Source: Tubulanus polymorphus
Lineage: Eukaryota; Animalia; Nemertea
DNA: 64,000 nt
Assembly: GCF_964204645.1 (NCBI RefSeq)
Contig: NC_134028.1
Coordinates: forward strand, 13,895,653 to 13,959,652
Direction of reading: 5' to 3'
Position 1 is the stretch's first letter. Each line of letters starts with the position of its first letter. Shown here piece by piece: positions 13,901 through 27,939 of the stretch. Below the pieces are notes generated by a model. The model had not been told where the DNA came from. It searched no databases and saw nothing but the letters and a program-made list of their open reading frames with translations. The position numbers and the translations under genes were made by a program.

Positions 13901-15030
13901 TTTCGTTTCATATTTCGTAATTTCGTTGCATATTTCTTAATTTCGTAGTTTCGTAATTTAGAAGTAACCCGTCACAGGGCCAACCTGCGTCCGGCTTTAA
14001 GTTACTGTGGAGCCCCAGAAATATCTTTTTTTTTTCGTTCAAAAGACCTTTCGCTTGAAAATTCTTTCGTCGGAACAAAATTGATTTCGTTCCAACCAAT
14101 AATATTCTGTTCGATTGAACCAATTTGGAAAAATCGTTAGAACAAAGTTGAACAAACTTTTTTTGTCCAAACGAAAGGTTTTTCGTTCGAAACAATCGTT
14201 CCATCGAACAGAATCGTTTTAATTTGAACAGAATTTTCTTGTCAGAACATTAAGTTTTTCGTTCGAACAAGTATATTGTAAAAAGTTTTTTCTCCAAAAC
14301 AAAAGTATTAAGTATTTCGTTCAATCGAACAGAATTGTTTTCATTCAAACATTCGTTCGAAAAAATTGTTTTCGCTTAACCAAATTTTAATAAAAGTCAT
14401 AATTTTAATAAAAGTTTTTCATTTCAACAATAACAAAGCTTTCAGAATGAAGACAAGTTTTGGTTCAAACAAAATGCGTATTGTTCGATCAAACAGAATT
14501 GTTTTCATTCGAACAAGATTTTCTTGTCGGATCATTAAGTTTTTTGGTTGAACAGCGTGTTAAGGTCATTTTGGAAATTTACTCGGTCTGGTACATTTTG
14601 GATTACTGTGTATGTCATTTGTCAGGACATTAAACAGAAGACGACTTGGGATACTACCTTGCGTGACTCCACTAGTTAGACCGACTTATTCCAAGATGAG
14701 GCGCTCCGTTGATTTCGGCTACAAGCGTTCGTTCGGAGATAATGCTGAGCCATTTCGGCGACCTATCATTGATACTGTTTCCTTATAGCCTCGTTTTGTA
14801 ATGGCTGATGTTGAACCTTATCAAATGCTTTGTCGAAATCATTAAGAGAAATTATCGCCTAATAGTTGATTTTCCAGAGTCAAATAGGACCATCTGGTCC
14901 AGTTGTCCATGGTTTAAAGTATGTCTAATTGACTGTTTGTCGAGCTTCCTCTTATAAAACAGTGAGAACCATTGAACAGGATTCCAAGACTGTACAGAAA
15001 ACCCGTTATCGCTGCTTTGCAGCTATATTT
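10944..15030 (+). repeat. Composite repeat array, plus-orientation arm (unit with Helentron/HINE-like end ...CGCTGCTTTGCAGCTATATTT, a TCGAAC-rich segment and a Harbinger MITE)
   Basis: 10944-11250 recurs at 14602-15030. Segments match 17338-25245 in reverse complement. Confidence 0.8.
12147..13970. mobile_element. Non-autonomous TIR DNA transposon (1824 bp, ~8-bp TSD GTCACA(A/G)G, CGAAA sub-terminal repeats)
   Basis: Ends GGGTCCTGCT..CGAAACTACGAAATT / AATTTCGTAGTTTCG..GTAACCC. Empty site visible in the paralogue near 19240. Confidence 0.75.
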
Positions 15031-15034
15031 ATTA

Positions 15035-15909
<875 letters not shown>

Positions 15910-15927
15910 ATTATTATTGATAATGAA

Positions 15928-16787
15928 ATGATCATCTTTCTTCGTGGATTGAGTGAGCACATAAAAGGGGAGAAATGGTTTCAAAAGCAAAACAAGAGAT
16001 CGAATTTAGTAATTCATCACAACATTATAAAGACAGCTGCAAGCAGAATCAGAAAGGACTCTGAAGACATAGAAAATATCATAAGTACAATCTCCGAAAT
16101 AACGAATCCTTTCACCTTGAGAAAAAAAACAATTGTTAACCTTTCAACTGGTAGCTAGTTCAAAAAATCAATTACATTTTCGAAAAAAAACCTTTATTAA
16201 ATTCATATACTTAATGTTGAATGTTTTAGACTAGTTCATTATACACCTGATTTTGATTCACTGATGAATAAACATGGATGCATATTTTTGATATTTCAGG
16301 TATCTCACTTGAATTAAACGCAACTGAAAAGCTCGCGAATTTCCTTCCGATTGGGCAAACAAGGGTTATACAGTATGTAGAAGAAGGGCTGATAACAGGA
16401 AGAGTGGAGATTTCAGAAGTGATTAAAATAACAAACTTAAAAACATACGCAACTTCTACAAAACCACTGAATGTTGGGAAAAAGCCCTTCCGCCGGGAAG
16501 CAAGTGCACACGACATATTCTCTAGACTACTTGTTGCAGCCAAGGCTAGGGATGTTGATTTGAAAGATGTCTTCTATGAATTAGCCTCTGCACCAATGTC
16601 TAATTGCAGAAGTAGACGGGTCACACACAATGAATCCCCAAAGAGCAAGCTCATGAATGTGATAATTTCTGATATTGAAGACTTTCTAGTACCCGATGGG
16701 TTGGAATCGATTTATGAAGTTGTCGACGGCATGGTGATTCTTCATTCCTTGAATGTGGATGGCCTTCAGAAAATAATTGCAAGATAA
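15928..16787 (+). pseudogene. Fragment of an uncharacterised invertebrate mobile-element ORF (NPF..VNLSTG; FSRLLVAA..ELASAPMS..KSKLM..VVDGM)
   Basis: The motif string resembles large repeat-borne invertebrate ORFs, from memory; broken by stops. Confidence 0.45.
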
Positions 16788-19225
16788 AATTAAAAGAATA
16801 TAGAACATATGTTGATTCCAGAAGACTTACAAATTATAAATCCTCCTGACATGACTTCAAGGCGCAGATTTCTATAACTAAATGAACATTATTTTTCTAA
16901 TAACTCAGAACAAGAGTGACTCTCCCGAGGGAATCTCAAATGGTCGTCCCCGGGTAGAGGTCAAAACTTGGTTTACTTTCTCAACTTGCTGGAGACTACC
17001 ATCATGCCTCGATTTCTCTGGCCTATGAGAGTCGAACATTTCCCCATACAAAGGCCTGGCTTAAGTGTAGATGAAGGCTAGGCACTGCACAATGTGGATT
17101 AAATGGAACTCTAAACTCTCATAATTAAACGAGTCCACAGGAAAGATCCAATAATTGAACGTTCATCTTACTATATTAACAGATTCGCTTAGCTTGGGTT
17201 TGAATTCTGGTTCCATTGCTTCGTATTCTAATATAGCGTATCAGTGTTTCAGCTTTTTCAGCGATTTTCAGGAACCGAGCAGCTTTCATTTTCGGATTAT
17301 GAAGGGATTTTTATTTCCATTTTGTTTTGGAGTTTAATCCAATGACTGTTAATAAACGCAAGAATTATACTGTGTTTGTTTGAGACAGGAAAGCTCAGTA
17401 CCGGTAAGCCTAACGGTCGCGTACAACTCGATAAACACTTCAAGCGACTCGGCGAACGATCTCCTTTCCCCCGCGGCGAACGCTTACTCGGAATATCAAG
17501 CGTGAGTGCAGCTTACGGATGAGAGTATGTTATAAACTTGTATCAAGTAAATACATTGTGGATTTGACAATCACCGGTATGTACTGTAGGAAATATAGAG
17601 TATTGATAAATGGTTGAAGCCCGCGGCCGAATGAGATAATATATTCTTTTATTTTGATCCCTCGTCGACACAACAGCTTATCTCCGCTACATCTCTTCGG
17701 CATGTTTTGTTTAGGCCTACAACTCACCGGTACTCTAATGATTTATCCTAGCAAATACACGGTAAATTTGGTAAAGAAAAATAGGTATTGTTAAACTAAC
17801 TATTTTTAGCCCCAGCCCAATCACTGGTAGTAATAAATTTATTTGTACTTGATTTGATTCTCATGATGAGGAGAAACGCAGTGCTGATGCGGGAACGACG
17901 ATGTAGAGACACACGTCGATTCGTCGATGTTTACGGCTTGACAGTGCTTTTAAAATCTAGAGCAGTAAGTTTCCTGTGTATCAGTAATATGATTATGAGG
18001 AAGATGGTTAATTTTTAAAAATAGCTGTTTGAAAACCGTGGCTGAATGTGGAATCATGCGGCAATAAATGTGTTGATTTACACTTGAATTGGTAATCGAA
18101 GTGACGAGCAGCCTCCGTTGGATTTCGGGATGACAACTCATTGAATGGGGCCCAATTTTCGATGTTTTTCGACAAGGCTTTTGTAACGTTGATTTATCAA
18201 AATACGCACGGAGTATTTGTAGATCGAAGTGAGCTGAAGGATAGCATACGGATTGTATCGGCAACAGTGGCAAAGTAACAAAGCCTATGTCCTTTGAGTG
18301 ACAAGAGTGTGACTTAAATAATAATATTAAATATAGCTGCAAAGCAGCGATAACGGGTTTTCTGCACAGTCTTGGAATCCTGTTCAACGGTGGATTTCGA
18401 CAAAGCATTTGATAAGGCACAACATCAGGCATTACTAAACAGGCTTATTAGGAAACAGTATCAATGATAGGTCGCTCAAATGGCTCAGCAGTTATCTCTG
18501 AACGAAAATGTGTAGCCGAAATCAACGGAACACCTCATCTTGGAATAAGTCGGTCTAACTATTGGAGTCACGCAAGGTAGTATCCTAAGTCGTCTTCTGT
18601 TTAATGTCCTGACAAATGACATACACAGTAATCCAAAATATACCAGACCAAGTAAATTTCCAAATCGACCTTAACACGCTGTTCGACCAAAAAACTTAAT
18701 GTTCCAACCAGAAAATCTTGTTCGAATGAAAATAATTCTGTTTGATCGAACAATACGCTTTTTGCTTGAACCAAAAATTTTCTTTATTCTGACAAAAAAT
18801 GTGTTCGAATAAAAAGCAATGTTATTGTTGAAATGAACAATTTTGTTGAGCGAAAACAATTTTTTCGAACGAATGTTTGACTGAAAACAATTGTGTTCGA
18901 TTGAACGAAATACTTAATACTTTTGGTTCGGAGAAAAAACTTTTTTCAATATACTGGTTCGAACGAAAAACGTAATGTTCTGACAAGAAAATTCTGTTCA
19001 AATTAAAACGATTCTGTTTGATTGAACGATTGTTCGAACGAAAAACCTTTCGTTTGGACAAAAAAAGTTTGTTCAACTTTGTTCTAACGATTTTTTCGAA
19101 TTGGTTCAATCGAATAGAATATTATTGGTTCGAACGAAATAAATTTTGTTCCGATGAAAGAATTTTCAAGCGAAAAGTCTTTTGAACGAAAAAAAAGATA
19201 TTTCTGGTGCTCCGCAGTAACTTAA

Positions 19226-19849
19226 AGCCGGACGTAGGTTGGTCTTGTGACACGATGCGATCCTCGCGTTGCATCGCAAGTTTCGGTGCAAGTCGGTTGC
19301 GATAAGATTGTGTGCGACTAGTTTCTGCCAGTCGCAAGAGCGCGTCGGTTGGTTGTGACAGTCGTGTCGCGTCACAGAAAGTAGAACACGTGCGACTCCT
19401 TGTGACTGGCGTTGCCGAAAGTCGCAACCCGTCGCAAGGGAGTGTAGGTCGATGAATTGTGGCGACACAATCGTCGCTGGCAGTCGCAGTGATTGGCGTC
19501 GCTGGCGGTCGCAGTGATTGGTGTCGCAGTGAGTCACAAGCCGTCGTTAGGCCCAACTACGCCCTGCTTATCGTGTCGCATCGCAAGTTTCGGTTTAAGT
19601 CGGTTGTGATACGATTGTGTGCGACTAGTTTCTGCCAGTCGCAAGAGCGCGTCGGTTGGCTGTGACAGTCGTGTCGCGTCGCAGAACGTAGAACACATGC
19701 GACTCTTGTGACTGGCGTTGCTGAAAGTCGCAACCCCTTGCAAGGGAGCGTAGGTCTTTGAGTCGTTGCGATACAATCGTCGCTGGCGGTCGCTGTAACT
19801 CGTGTCGCAGTTAGTCACAAGCCGCCGCAAGGTCGACCTACGCCCAGCT
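19226..19849. mobile_element. PIF/Harbinger-type MITE with internal tandem duplication (GTCGC-rich)
   Basis: TIRs AGCCGGACGTAGGTTGG / CGACCTACGCCCAGCT; TAA / CAA flanks. Confidence 0.7.
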
Positions 19850-21554
19850 CAAGTCATTAGGAATTAATGAAATACCAGTTTCATTTATGATGAAATTTAT
19901 CATGAAATTTATGATGAAAAAACTCAAATGAAAAGTCTGGCTCATAAAGCTGTCTGCTCAGACGAAATTTTCAAAAAAATCTTCATTTTTGGCAATGAAA
20001 TTGATAATTGTGATTGATAGTTGCAAATCACAACCAGTTAATCACTAATTAACATGCATTTTAATAAATCTGATTCCTCCTTTACAGTGAACTTAGCTTT
20101 AACCTAGTAGAGGCTACTAGCCTATGCAGGCCTATGTACATGCGTAGGCCTAACATCCGGACAGATTGGTCGTAGGCCTATTGAATAACAACCCACCTAA
20201 ATATCGTAAATTTTGTTTTGAAGTTCAATCCAATGAGTCCGTTAATAAACGCAACAATTATGCTGTGTTTGTTTGAAACAGTAAAGCTCAGTACGGTAGG
20301 CCTAAAGCCACGAAAAACTCGATAAACACTTCAAGCGACACAGCGAACGATCTCCTTTCCCCCACAGCGAACGCTTACTCCGAATGTGACGAGTCCAGCA
20401 TACGGAAAGGAGTGTGTTATATACTTGTATTTAGTAAATACCTTGTGCATTTGACAGTGATCGGTATGTACTGTAGGAAATATCGAGTGTTGATGGTATT
20501 GATATAGAGGTTGAAGCCCGCGGCCGAATAAAGTAATTTATTCTTTTATTTTGATACCTCCCTGGTATACTTATGATTTATCTTAGTAAATACACGGTTA
20601 ATTTGGTAAAGAAAAAAAGGTATTGTTAAACTAACTGATGACGCCCGCAACCAAATCACTGGTAGTAATAAATTAATTTGTACTCGATTCGATTCTCATG
20701 ATGAGGAAAAACTCGCAGCTGATCCCCGGAACGACGATGTAGTGACACACGTCGATTCGTCGATGTTTACGGCTCGACAGTGCTTTTAAAATCTAAAGTA
20801 GTAAATTTCCTGTATATCGGTAATATGATTTGATGAGGAAAATGGGCTATTGTTAAAATTAGTTTTAAAAAACCGCGACAGACTGTGCAATCTCTGGGTA
20901 ATAATTTTTTAAATTTATGCTTGAATTGATAATCGATGTGACAAGAAACGTGCGGTAGATTTCGTAAAGACGACTTAAAAAAACATGTCGGCTCTTTGAA
21001 TGGGGGCACAATTTTCGATGTTTACGGCCCGACAGTGCTTTTGTAACGTTGATTCTTCAAAATTCGCACGGAGTATTTGTAGATCGAAGTGAGCTGAATG
21101 ATATCAGACGGATTGTATCGGCAACAGCGGTAATGTAAAAAAGCCTATGTACTTTTGACAAAAAAAGTGTGGAAAAAAATAATAATAATAGTAATAATAA
21201 TAAATATAGCTGCAAAGCAGCGATAACGGGTTTTCTGCACAGTCTTAGAATCCTTCGAAGAAAAAACTTTTTACAATATACTTGTTCGAACGAAAAACTT
21301 AATGTTCTGACAAAAAAATTCTCTTCAAATTAAAACGATTCTGTTCGATCGAATGATTGTTCGAACGAAATACCTTTCGTTTGGACAAAAAAAAGTTTGT
21401 TCAACTTTGTTCTAACGATTTTTTCAAATTGGGTCAATCGAAAAGAATATTAATGTTTGGAATGAAATAAATTTTGTTCCGACGAAAGAATTTTCAAGCA
21501 AAAGGTCCTATGAAAGAAAAAATAAGATATTTCTGGGGCTCCGCAGTAACTTAA

Positions 21555-21872
21555 AGCCGGGCGTAAGTTGGTCTTGAGACACGATGCAATCCTCGCGTTG
21601 CATCGCAAGTTTCGGTGCAAGTCGGTTGCAATACGATTGTGTGCGACTAGTTTCCGCCAGTGGCAAGAGCGCGTCGGTTGGTTGTGACAGTCGTGTCGCG
21701 TCGCAGAAAGTAGAAAACGTGCGACTCCTTGTGACTGGCGTTGCTGAAAGTCGCAACCCGTCGCAAGGGAGCGTAGGTCGATGAGTCGTTGCGACACAAT
21801 CGTCGCTGGCGGTCGCAGTGATTGGCGTTGCTATGAGTCACAAGCCGTAGCAAGGCCGACCTTCGCCCTGCT
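21555..21872. mobile_element. PIF/Harbinger-type MITE (TAA TSD), single-unit paralogue of 19226-19849
   Basis: TAA|AGCCGGGCG...CGCCCTGCT|TAA. Confidence 0.75.
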
Positions 21873-22308
21873 TAAGTCATTAGGAATTAATGAAATACCA
21901 GTTTCATTTATGATGAAAAAACGCAAATGAAAAGTCTGGCTTATAAAGCTGTCTGCTCAGACGAAATTTTCAAAAAAATCTTCATTTATGGCAATAAAAT
22001 TGATAATTGTGATTGATCGTTGCAAGACACAACCAGTTAATCACTAATTAACATGCATTTTAATAAATCTGATTCCTCCTTTACAGTGATCTTAGCGTTA
22101 ACCTAGTAGAGGCTACTAGCCTATGTAGGCCTATGTAGGACTATGTATATGCGTAGGCCTAACATCTGGACAGATTGGTCGTCGGCCTATTGAATAACAA
22201 CCCACCTAAATATCGTAAATTTTGTTTAGAAGTTCAATCCAATGAGTCCGTTAATAAACGCAACAATTTTATACTGTGTTTGTTTGAGACAGTAATGCTC
22301 AGTACCGG

Positions 22309-23596
22309 GCAAATGGTAGAAAGTTTCTTTTGTCCAATGTCGTATAGCGCCGCCGCGGTCGAAAATCGAACTAATCTGTCAAGTCGATAATTTTCTAAGT
22401 GAGAAGACGCCGCGTTCAGTTCGCGGTACACTGTACGTACAGTTTTTCGATACACTGCTGTTCAACAAATTTGTTTTGAAGTTGAAGTTCACAGCGCGCT
22501 ATTCAGTTTTCAGAAGTAGATGGCTAAAATAACATCATTCGTAAGATCTCAGATTGAATATTTTCATCGGATTCAGAGCTCAGTTCATTGTATAAAATGT
22601 GTCATTTCATGTATTAGACAGTTACTTCTATTACTCTGACAGGAGTTTTTATGTCATAATTTTTTTACCTCATGTGTAACTCAATTATAGCAGAGTTATC
22701 AATTATTCATTTATAAATAAATTAGTATTATTAATTTAATTATTGGATTGATTATTATTAAGAGATATGACATTATAAACATATATATATATAATGCACA
22801 TTAATGGATGTTATATAAAATGCAAAGATATGGATGTTATAATGATAATGTATTTCTACTCGCATAGAAATGAGACTAAAGTTTTCCTGTTTGGATATTC
22901 TAAAAGCCTATAAGTCCTTTGTCAAGGATATGAATGGTTTGTGATGATATTATGTTAACTAAATTCATTTGTTGGTCGAACGATTTCAATTAATATCGCA
23001 ATATTTAGCATTCGTGATATAATTAATATGATAGAGATATGGCCATTTGTCTATTGTTTATGTTAGCAAAAGATTGCGTTTGATATAGAAGGCTATAATG
23101 TTTTGATGTATGGTTGAGATTTTCAAAATAAATGTTATGCTTACATGAGATAATTGGAACTAGATGTTTTATTTCATTTTTATCAAGTATCGGTGGATGA
23201 GAAGTCTTTCGACGATGTGCAGTTAGCCCATTAGAGTTTGCCTTAAAATACTTTACTCTCAGTCTAAGCTGAATTTAATTCATACCGCCGTTACAGTACC
23301 ATAAAATTCACACAAAATCTTTAGCGTCATTGGAATAGGACGTCCCCTGTTTCACATCCGGCAGGTGTGTTGACGGTGGGTAAGTTTAATAAGGTACACC
23401 AAATCTATTAAAACGATCGCTATTTTAAAATCAAATCATCCCGAAGAAATTGGGGATTCGTACCTATCGGATATATACTGGTACTCGGCGTCTTTCCACT
23501 TAACAAAACATCGTCAATAACATTAGTTTTTATTATTGCTAAGTAGCGGCGCTACCGGTACTGTCGATCGGACATTAGAAACTTTCTACCTTTTGC
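22309..23596. mobile_element. Non-autonomous Mutator-like TIR element (1288 bp, 9-bp TSD CAGTACCGG)
   Basis: TIRs GCAAATGGTAGAAAGTTTCT / AGAAACTTTCTACCTTTTGC. TSD at 22300-22308 and 23597-23605. Empty site near 17396. Confidence 0.8.
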
Positions 23597-23849
23597 CAGT
23601 ACCGGTAGGCCTAAAGCCGCGTAAAACTCGATGAACACCTCAAGCGACACAGCGAACGATCTCCTTTCCTCCACAGCGAACGCTTACTCCGAATGTCAAT
23701 TGTGAGTCCAGGATACGGAAAGGAGTGTGTTATATACTTGTGTTTAGTAAATACCTTGTGTATTTGACAACGATCGGTATGTACTGTAGGAAATAAAGAG
23801 TATTGATGGTATTGATATAGAGGTTGAAGCCCGCGGCCAAATAAAGTAA

Positions 23850-25113
23850 TGATCCACAGCTAGATTTTCGTAGTATTTGAAAATGTTTCGTAGTATTTAG
23901 AAATGTTCTTAGTGTTGTTTCCGTATGCGTGGGGGTTACGTTAAAGCCGTCAGACAAGAACGTACTAGTAGTAAGAATTACGAAAGTTCTTGTTTGATGC
24001 TTTCATCTACCAACGCAAACCATAAATCAGTCTATAAACAACAATTCTTTCTCGGTTCTTCTGCTGTGAGATCTGGCAAACATTCAGAAAATCTTTATAT
24101 AAAAGTTTTAAATAGTTGGAACCATATTCGGTTGGGTCGGAACAATGGAGTGTATTTATAATGAGGCTCGTGAAGGGATCACGCTGATACTTGATGATAT
24201 TCCCGGCTACTTTCCGTAAAAGGAAAAACCGGAAGTTTAGGAAGATGTGGTTGTTTTGCTTATCCTGTATTAAAATAGAATAAGTTAAATTGTAGATAAA
24301 ATAATTAGTATAAGTATTTCAAATAATTTAAGAATTGATAATCAATCACAATGTATTCTGAATCGTAGTTAATTATAATAATTAAAAAAAAGAAACAATG
24401 AATTTGTACTGTAATTAGAAAAGAAAACAAAGTTTTGAAAAGATATTTAATTTTAGTAATCTAGATGTTGTTTAAGAACAAATTGTTAATAATCGCTAAT
24501 GTTTTAGAAAAATTAATTTGTGTTAAATGTTAAAACTAGCTGTCTGAAGTTTCTGTTGTCTGTATGCGCTCGTTGGTAATTCATAGACAATAGCTGCTCT
24601 CTCAACAACGACTAGCAAGCTGTGAGTAAATCACAACGCGTCATGACAGGAGGGTTGGAAAAAAAAGTTAGTTTAGCAAATCAGTTTTGAAAATAATTTT
24701 AGATCAGCGAAACATTAAGGCCAAATTCTATATGACCAAAACAGTAATGACAGTAAGGTTGCTGCTCCTTGCCAAAAGTCGAGTGGGAGAGTCGGTATTT
24801 TAAGAATGCCGATTCTTTCTATAAAAGGGACCCGCATCTTGAGAGAGCAGTCAATCGAGAGAATCTGTACCTTAGTAAGACGAGTGTCGACAGCAGGACA
24901 GGAGAAGCTTCGGAACGATAGGGATTTTATATACAATAGGGATTAGGAAAATCATTCTTTGTTCAAGGTAAATAAAATATATTATCTTCAATATTATCAT
25001 CCGGTATTTCAATTTATTCATTCGGATTTGTGCACGGACACGTTCTCTCGCCAGGGCCTTACTCAAGTATTTTATAGATAACGATTAAAGAGAGGATTGT
25101 GACCGGTGTATCA
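23850..25113 (+). mobile_element. Solo LTR (1264 bp, TG...CA, 4-bp TSD GTAA), related to the LTR at 27940
   Basis: GTAA|TGATCCACAGCT...GTGTATCA|GTAA. TATAAAAGGG near 24820, AATAAA near 24971. Empty site near 20530. Confidence 0.85.
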
Positions 25114-25322
25114 GTAATATATTATTTTATTTTGATACCTCGTCGACATAACAGCTTATCTCCGCTATATCTCTTCGGCGTGTTCCGTTTAGGCCTACGA
25201 CTCCCCGGTACACTTATGATTTATCTTAGTAAATACACGGTTAATAAGATAAAATCCCACTATTTACAGATTAAAAGAATTTAAAAACAAGAATTTATTT
25301 ATTAAATCTAAAATATTTAAAA

Positions 25323-25366
25323 GACACGACGTTTCGATCTCACCCTAGAGATCATCGTCAGGTGTG
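25323..25366 (-). ncRNA. Minimal type I hammerhead ribozyme in a Penelope-like terminal repeat fragment (~25243-25490)
   Basis: Minus strand ACAC-CTGACGA-T-GATCTC-TAGGGT-GAGATC-GAAAC-GTC-GTGT: CUGANGA and GAAA core, stem II, GUC cleavage triplet. Confidence 0.8.
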
Positions 25367-25596
25367 AGAAATAGACTTAAAACAGGGGTATATATACAGA
25401 GGAGGACAGGTTAATTGAGTAAATTGGTGAGTGAGTAAATAATTAGTGTTTGGCAAGGCAAGAAGTAATATACTTAGAAAGAAGGGAATTATGCGGAGAA
25501 AAGCTGTCAACGTTTCATGTACTAGTTTTATAATTCTGAAATCAGGTGAAGATATTGCAACATGGTTGATGGGGAAATATTAAATTACTGGCATAC

Positions 25597-25926
25597 TCAG
25601 TGAGTATTTTATACTATTTGCAGTGTTAATTTAGTAGATTATGGTGTAATAACATAAAAGAATATTCCGTAGTACAAGAGTATAACATAAATCAGTGAAA
25701 TAGAGAAGTAATTCCATTAAATTAAGGTGAAATGTTTTGATGCAAGATAAAGGTTTATTTTGTATTGCGCAATCTAGAAATAGCTCAGATATTATAAGTT
25801 TGTATTATCTGTTTACAGATTTGAATCGTCCAAAATCCGTTGAATAAAGAAACATCAATTTGATATCCGGAGTTTGTTATTTGTCGGACGTATTCAAAAG
25901 CCACCACTTGAAAACCCATCGAGCCA
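25597..25926 (+). repeat. BEL/Pao 5' LTR (portion shared with the 3' copy)
   Basis: Near-identical direct repeat of 45553-45882, ending CA. Confidence 0.9.
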
Positions 25927-25959
25927 TTTGATTCAAATTGAGTCTCACCAAGCGTCATC

Positions 25960-27174
25960 ATGGTAGATCCTGAGAAGACAACAACAACAACACTTAAGAA
26001 TAAGTGTCGGGCAGCTATGTCAGCATTTACGCGTGTCGAAAATTCGCTGAGTGAGGCTATTGTGGCAAATCGTACGCCAGCCGAAATAAGTTTTAAGCTA
26101 GAAGTGTTGAGGGAGAAACTGTCAGCTGCGGAAAAAGCACACGAAAATTACACAGAAGATATGAATGATGACGAATACGAATTGGAAGAAGCGTGGATAA
26201 ATAATGTTCAGAAACAATTCGATGTCGCTCGAGTCCGGGTAACCGATTATTGTTCGAAATTTGCCGTGTCTCCGGTTAAAACAAGAAACGATGCGTTGAA
26301 TATGCCGAAAATTCCGATGCCGAAATTCTCGGGGAAAATCGACGATTCTTTAGCGTTTCGAAGTGACTGGCAAAGGATAGTCGAGCTTCGATACGGAATC
26401 GCCGATGATGTTTTGTATTTACTGCGAAATGCGTTGGAAAACACAAACCCGGCTTATAACGCGCGCAAGTGGATAGATGGCGTATTCGAATATGCAGAAG
26501 CATGGGCGAAACTGGATCAAGTTTACGGAAATCCACGTGAAACTAGCGATTTTGTTATTGGTGAACTGGAAAAGTCAAAATCGCTGGGTGAGAATGAATT
26601 TTCACGGTTTGTAGAGCTGTTCCATAAGATAAAAAAGGCTGAAATGATAATGTCCGAAATGGAACGAAAAGAAGATCTCGACAATTCAACGACGTTAGGG
26701 GTTCTTGAACGGAAACTGTGTAATAGTGATAAATTGAAATGGGCAGAATGTCAGCTCCGAGATCAAATCAGTCCGAATATTGATACGTTCTTGAATTGGA
26801 TGTGGAACCAGATTCAGATACACAAAATTGCTGGAGCCGATATCCGTAGTTCGACAAATATAAAGAAGGGTTCAATATTAGCCGTAGAAGTGGACAGTGG
26901 GTCAAGTACCGCTGCGAGAAATACCATGAACAATACTCAAGTTTTTCCGGGCTCTACACAAACGCCTTCGTGGCGTCCGCGACCGGAGGGTGCTCAGGGA
27001 AATTACTATGTGACGTCATTTTGGTATTGTAAAGGGGAACACAAAATAGATGACTGTCAGCGTTTCAAGTCATTGTCGTCGAATGTCCGTTTGGAGGAAG
27101 TACGTCGTGTTCATGCATGTTATTTTTGTCTGCGTAGACATAAACCCCCATGTCCTGCGCGAAGGGTAAGATAA
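25960..27174 (+). CDS. gag: BEL/Pao Gag (truncated by the LINE insertion)
   Basis: MPKFSG (DUF1759-like) region and knuckles CKGEHKIDDC and CYFCLRRHKPPC. The third knuckle CPEPACRYSHHILLH resumes near 41685. Confidence 0.9.
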   Translation: MVDPEKTTTTTLKNKCRAAMSAFTRVENSLSEAIVANRTPAEISFKLEVLREKLSAAEKAHENYTEDMNDDEYELEEAWINNVQKQFDVARVRVTDYCSKFAVSPVKTRNDALNMPKIPMPKFSGKIDDSLAFRSDWQRIVELRYGIADDVLYLLRNALENTNPAYNARKWIDGVFEYAEAWAKLDQVYGNPRETSDFVIGELEKSKSLGENEFSRFVELFHKIKKAEMIMSEMERKEDLDNSTTLGVLERKLCNSDKLKWAECQLRDQISPNIDTFLNWMWNQIQIHKIAGADIRSSTNIKKGSILAVEVDSGSSTAARNTMNNTQVFPGSTQTPSWRPRPEGAQGNYYVTSFWYCKGEHKIDDCQRFKSLSSNVRLEEVRRVHACYFCLRRHKPPCPARRVR

Positions 27175-27939
27175 TAATAATAATAATAATAATATTTATT
27201 TACAGTCCGTTACATAAAATATCTCAACAGACTTTACAAATTGACAAAAACATAAGACAGTTGACAGATATATAAAATATTACCCAATAAAATAGATATT
27301 TAATTTCAAACGGTTGCTTCAAGTAAAATCATTTGTAGTGCTGATTAAATAGGTGCGTTTTCAATTGCGAGGTAAAACTATTAAGGGAAGATAAATCGCG
27401 CATCGACTGTGGCAAAGCATTCCAAAGGAAAGCTCGAGAGCCATAAAATTCTTGGCGGTATCTCGGTTCAAATAATTTAGTTGCCACGGTCGAGCGCGTG
27501 TGTCTGGAAGGTGTAAGAGTGGTTAAAACAGACGAAAGATAGGCTGGTGCTTGGTCATGCAAAATTTTAAAAGTTAACAGGAGAATTTTGTATTCAATGC
27601 GCGATTGAACAGGGAGCCAATGTAGTTCATACAGTATAGGAGTGATATGCTCGTGCTTCTTAGTGTGACTAGGCGTGCGGCAGAATTTTGAAGCATTTGT
27701 AGGCGAGAAATATAACAATTCGGAAGACCGTAGAGAAGACTATTACAGTAATCTAATTTGGAAGTTATAAAAGCGTGAATCAATCTTTCGGTGCTAGTGC
27801 GATCTAAAAACTTGCGTATTTTACCAATGCGATGCAGGGAGTAAGAAATCGATCTACAGACGTAAGATATATGACAAGACATGGTAAAATTATGATCGAA
27901 ATAAAAGCCAAGATCTCTGACTGACTGACAAGTAGCTAT
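27171..27939 (-). mobile_element. L2/CR1-group LINE, 3' part with (TTA)n tail
   Basis: VRDLGFYFD...SKLDYCNSLLYG...HITPILYELHWLPV; AATAAA followed by (TTA)n on the minus strand. Confidence 0.92.

Larger units (their letters stand above)
17338..25245 (-). repeat. Composite repeat array, minus-orientation arm (about 2.5 tandem units of ~2-2.9 kb) with nested insertions
   Basis: AATCCAATGA..GTTAATAAACGCAA recurs at ~17337, 20228 and 22237; 19850-20230 is duplicated at 21875-22240. Confidence 0.8.
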
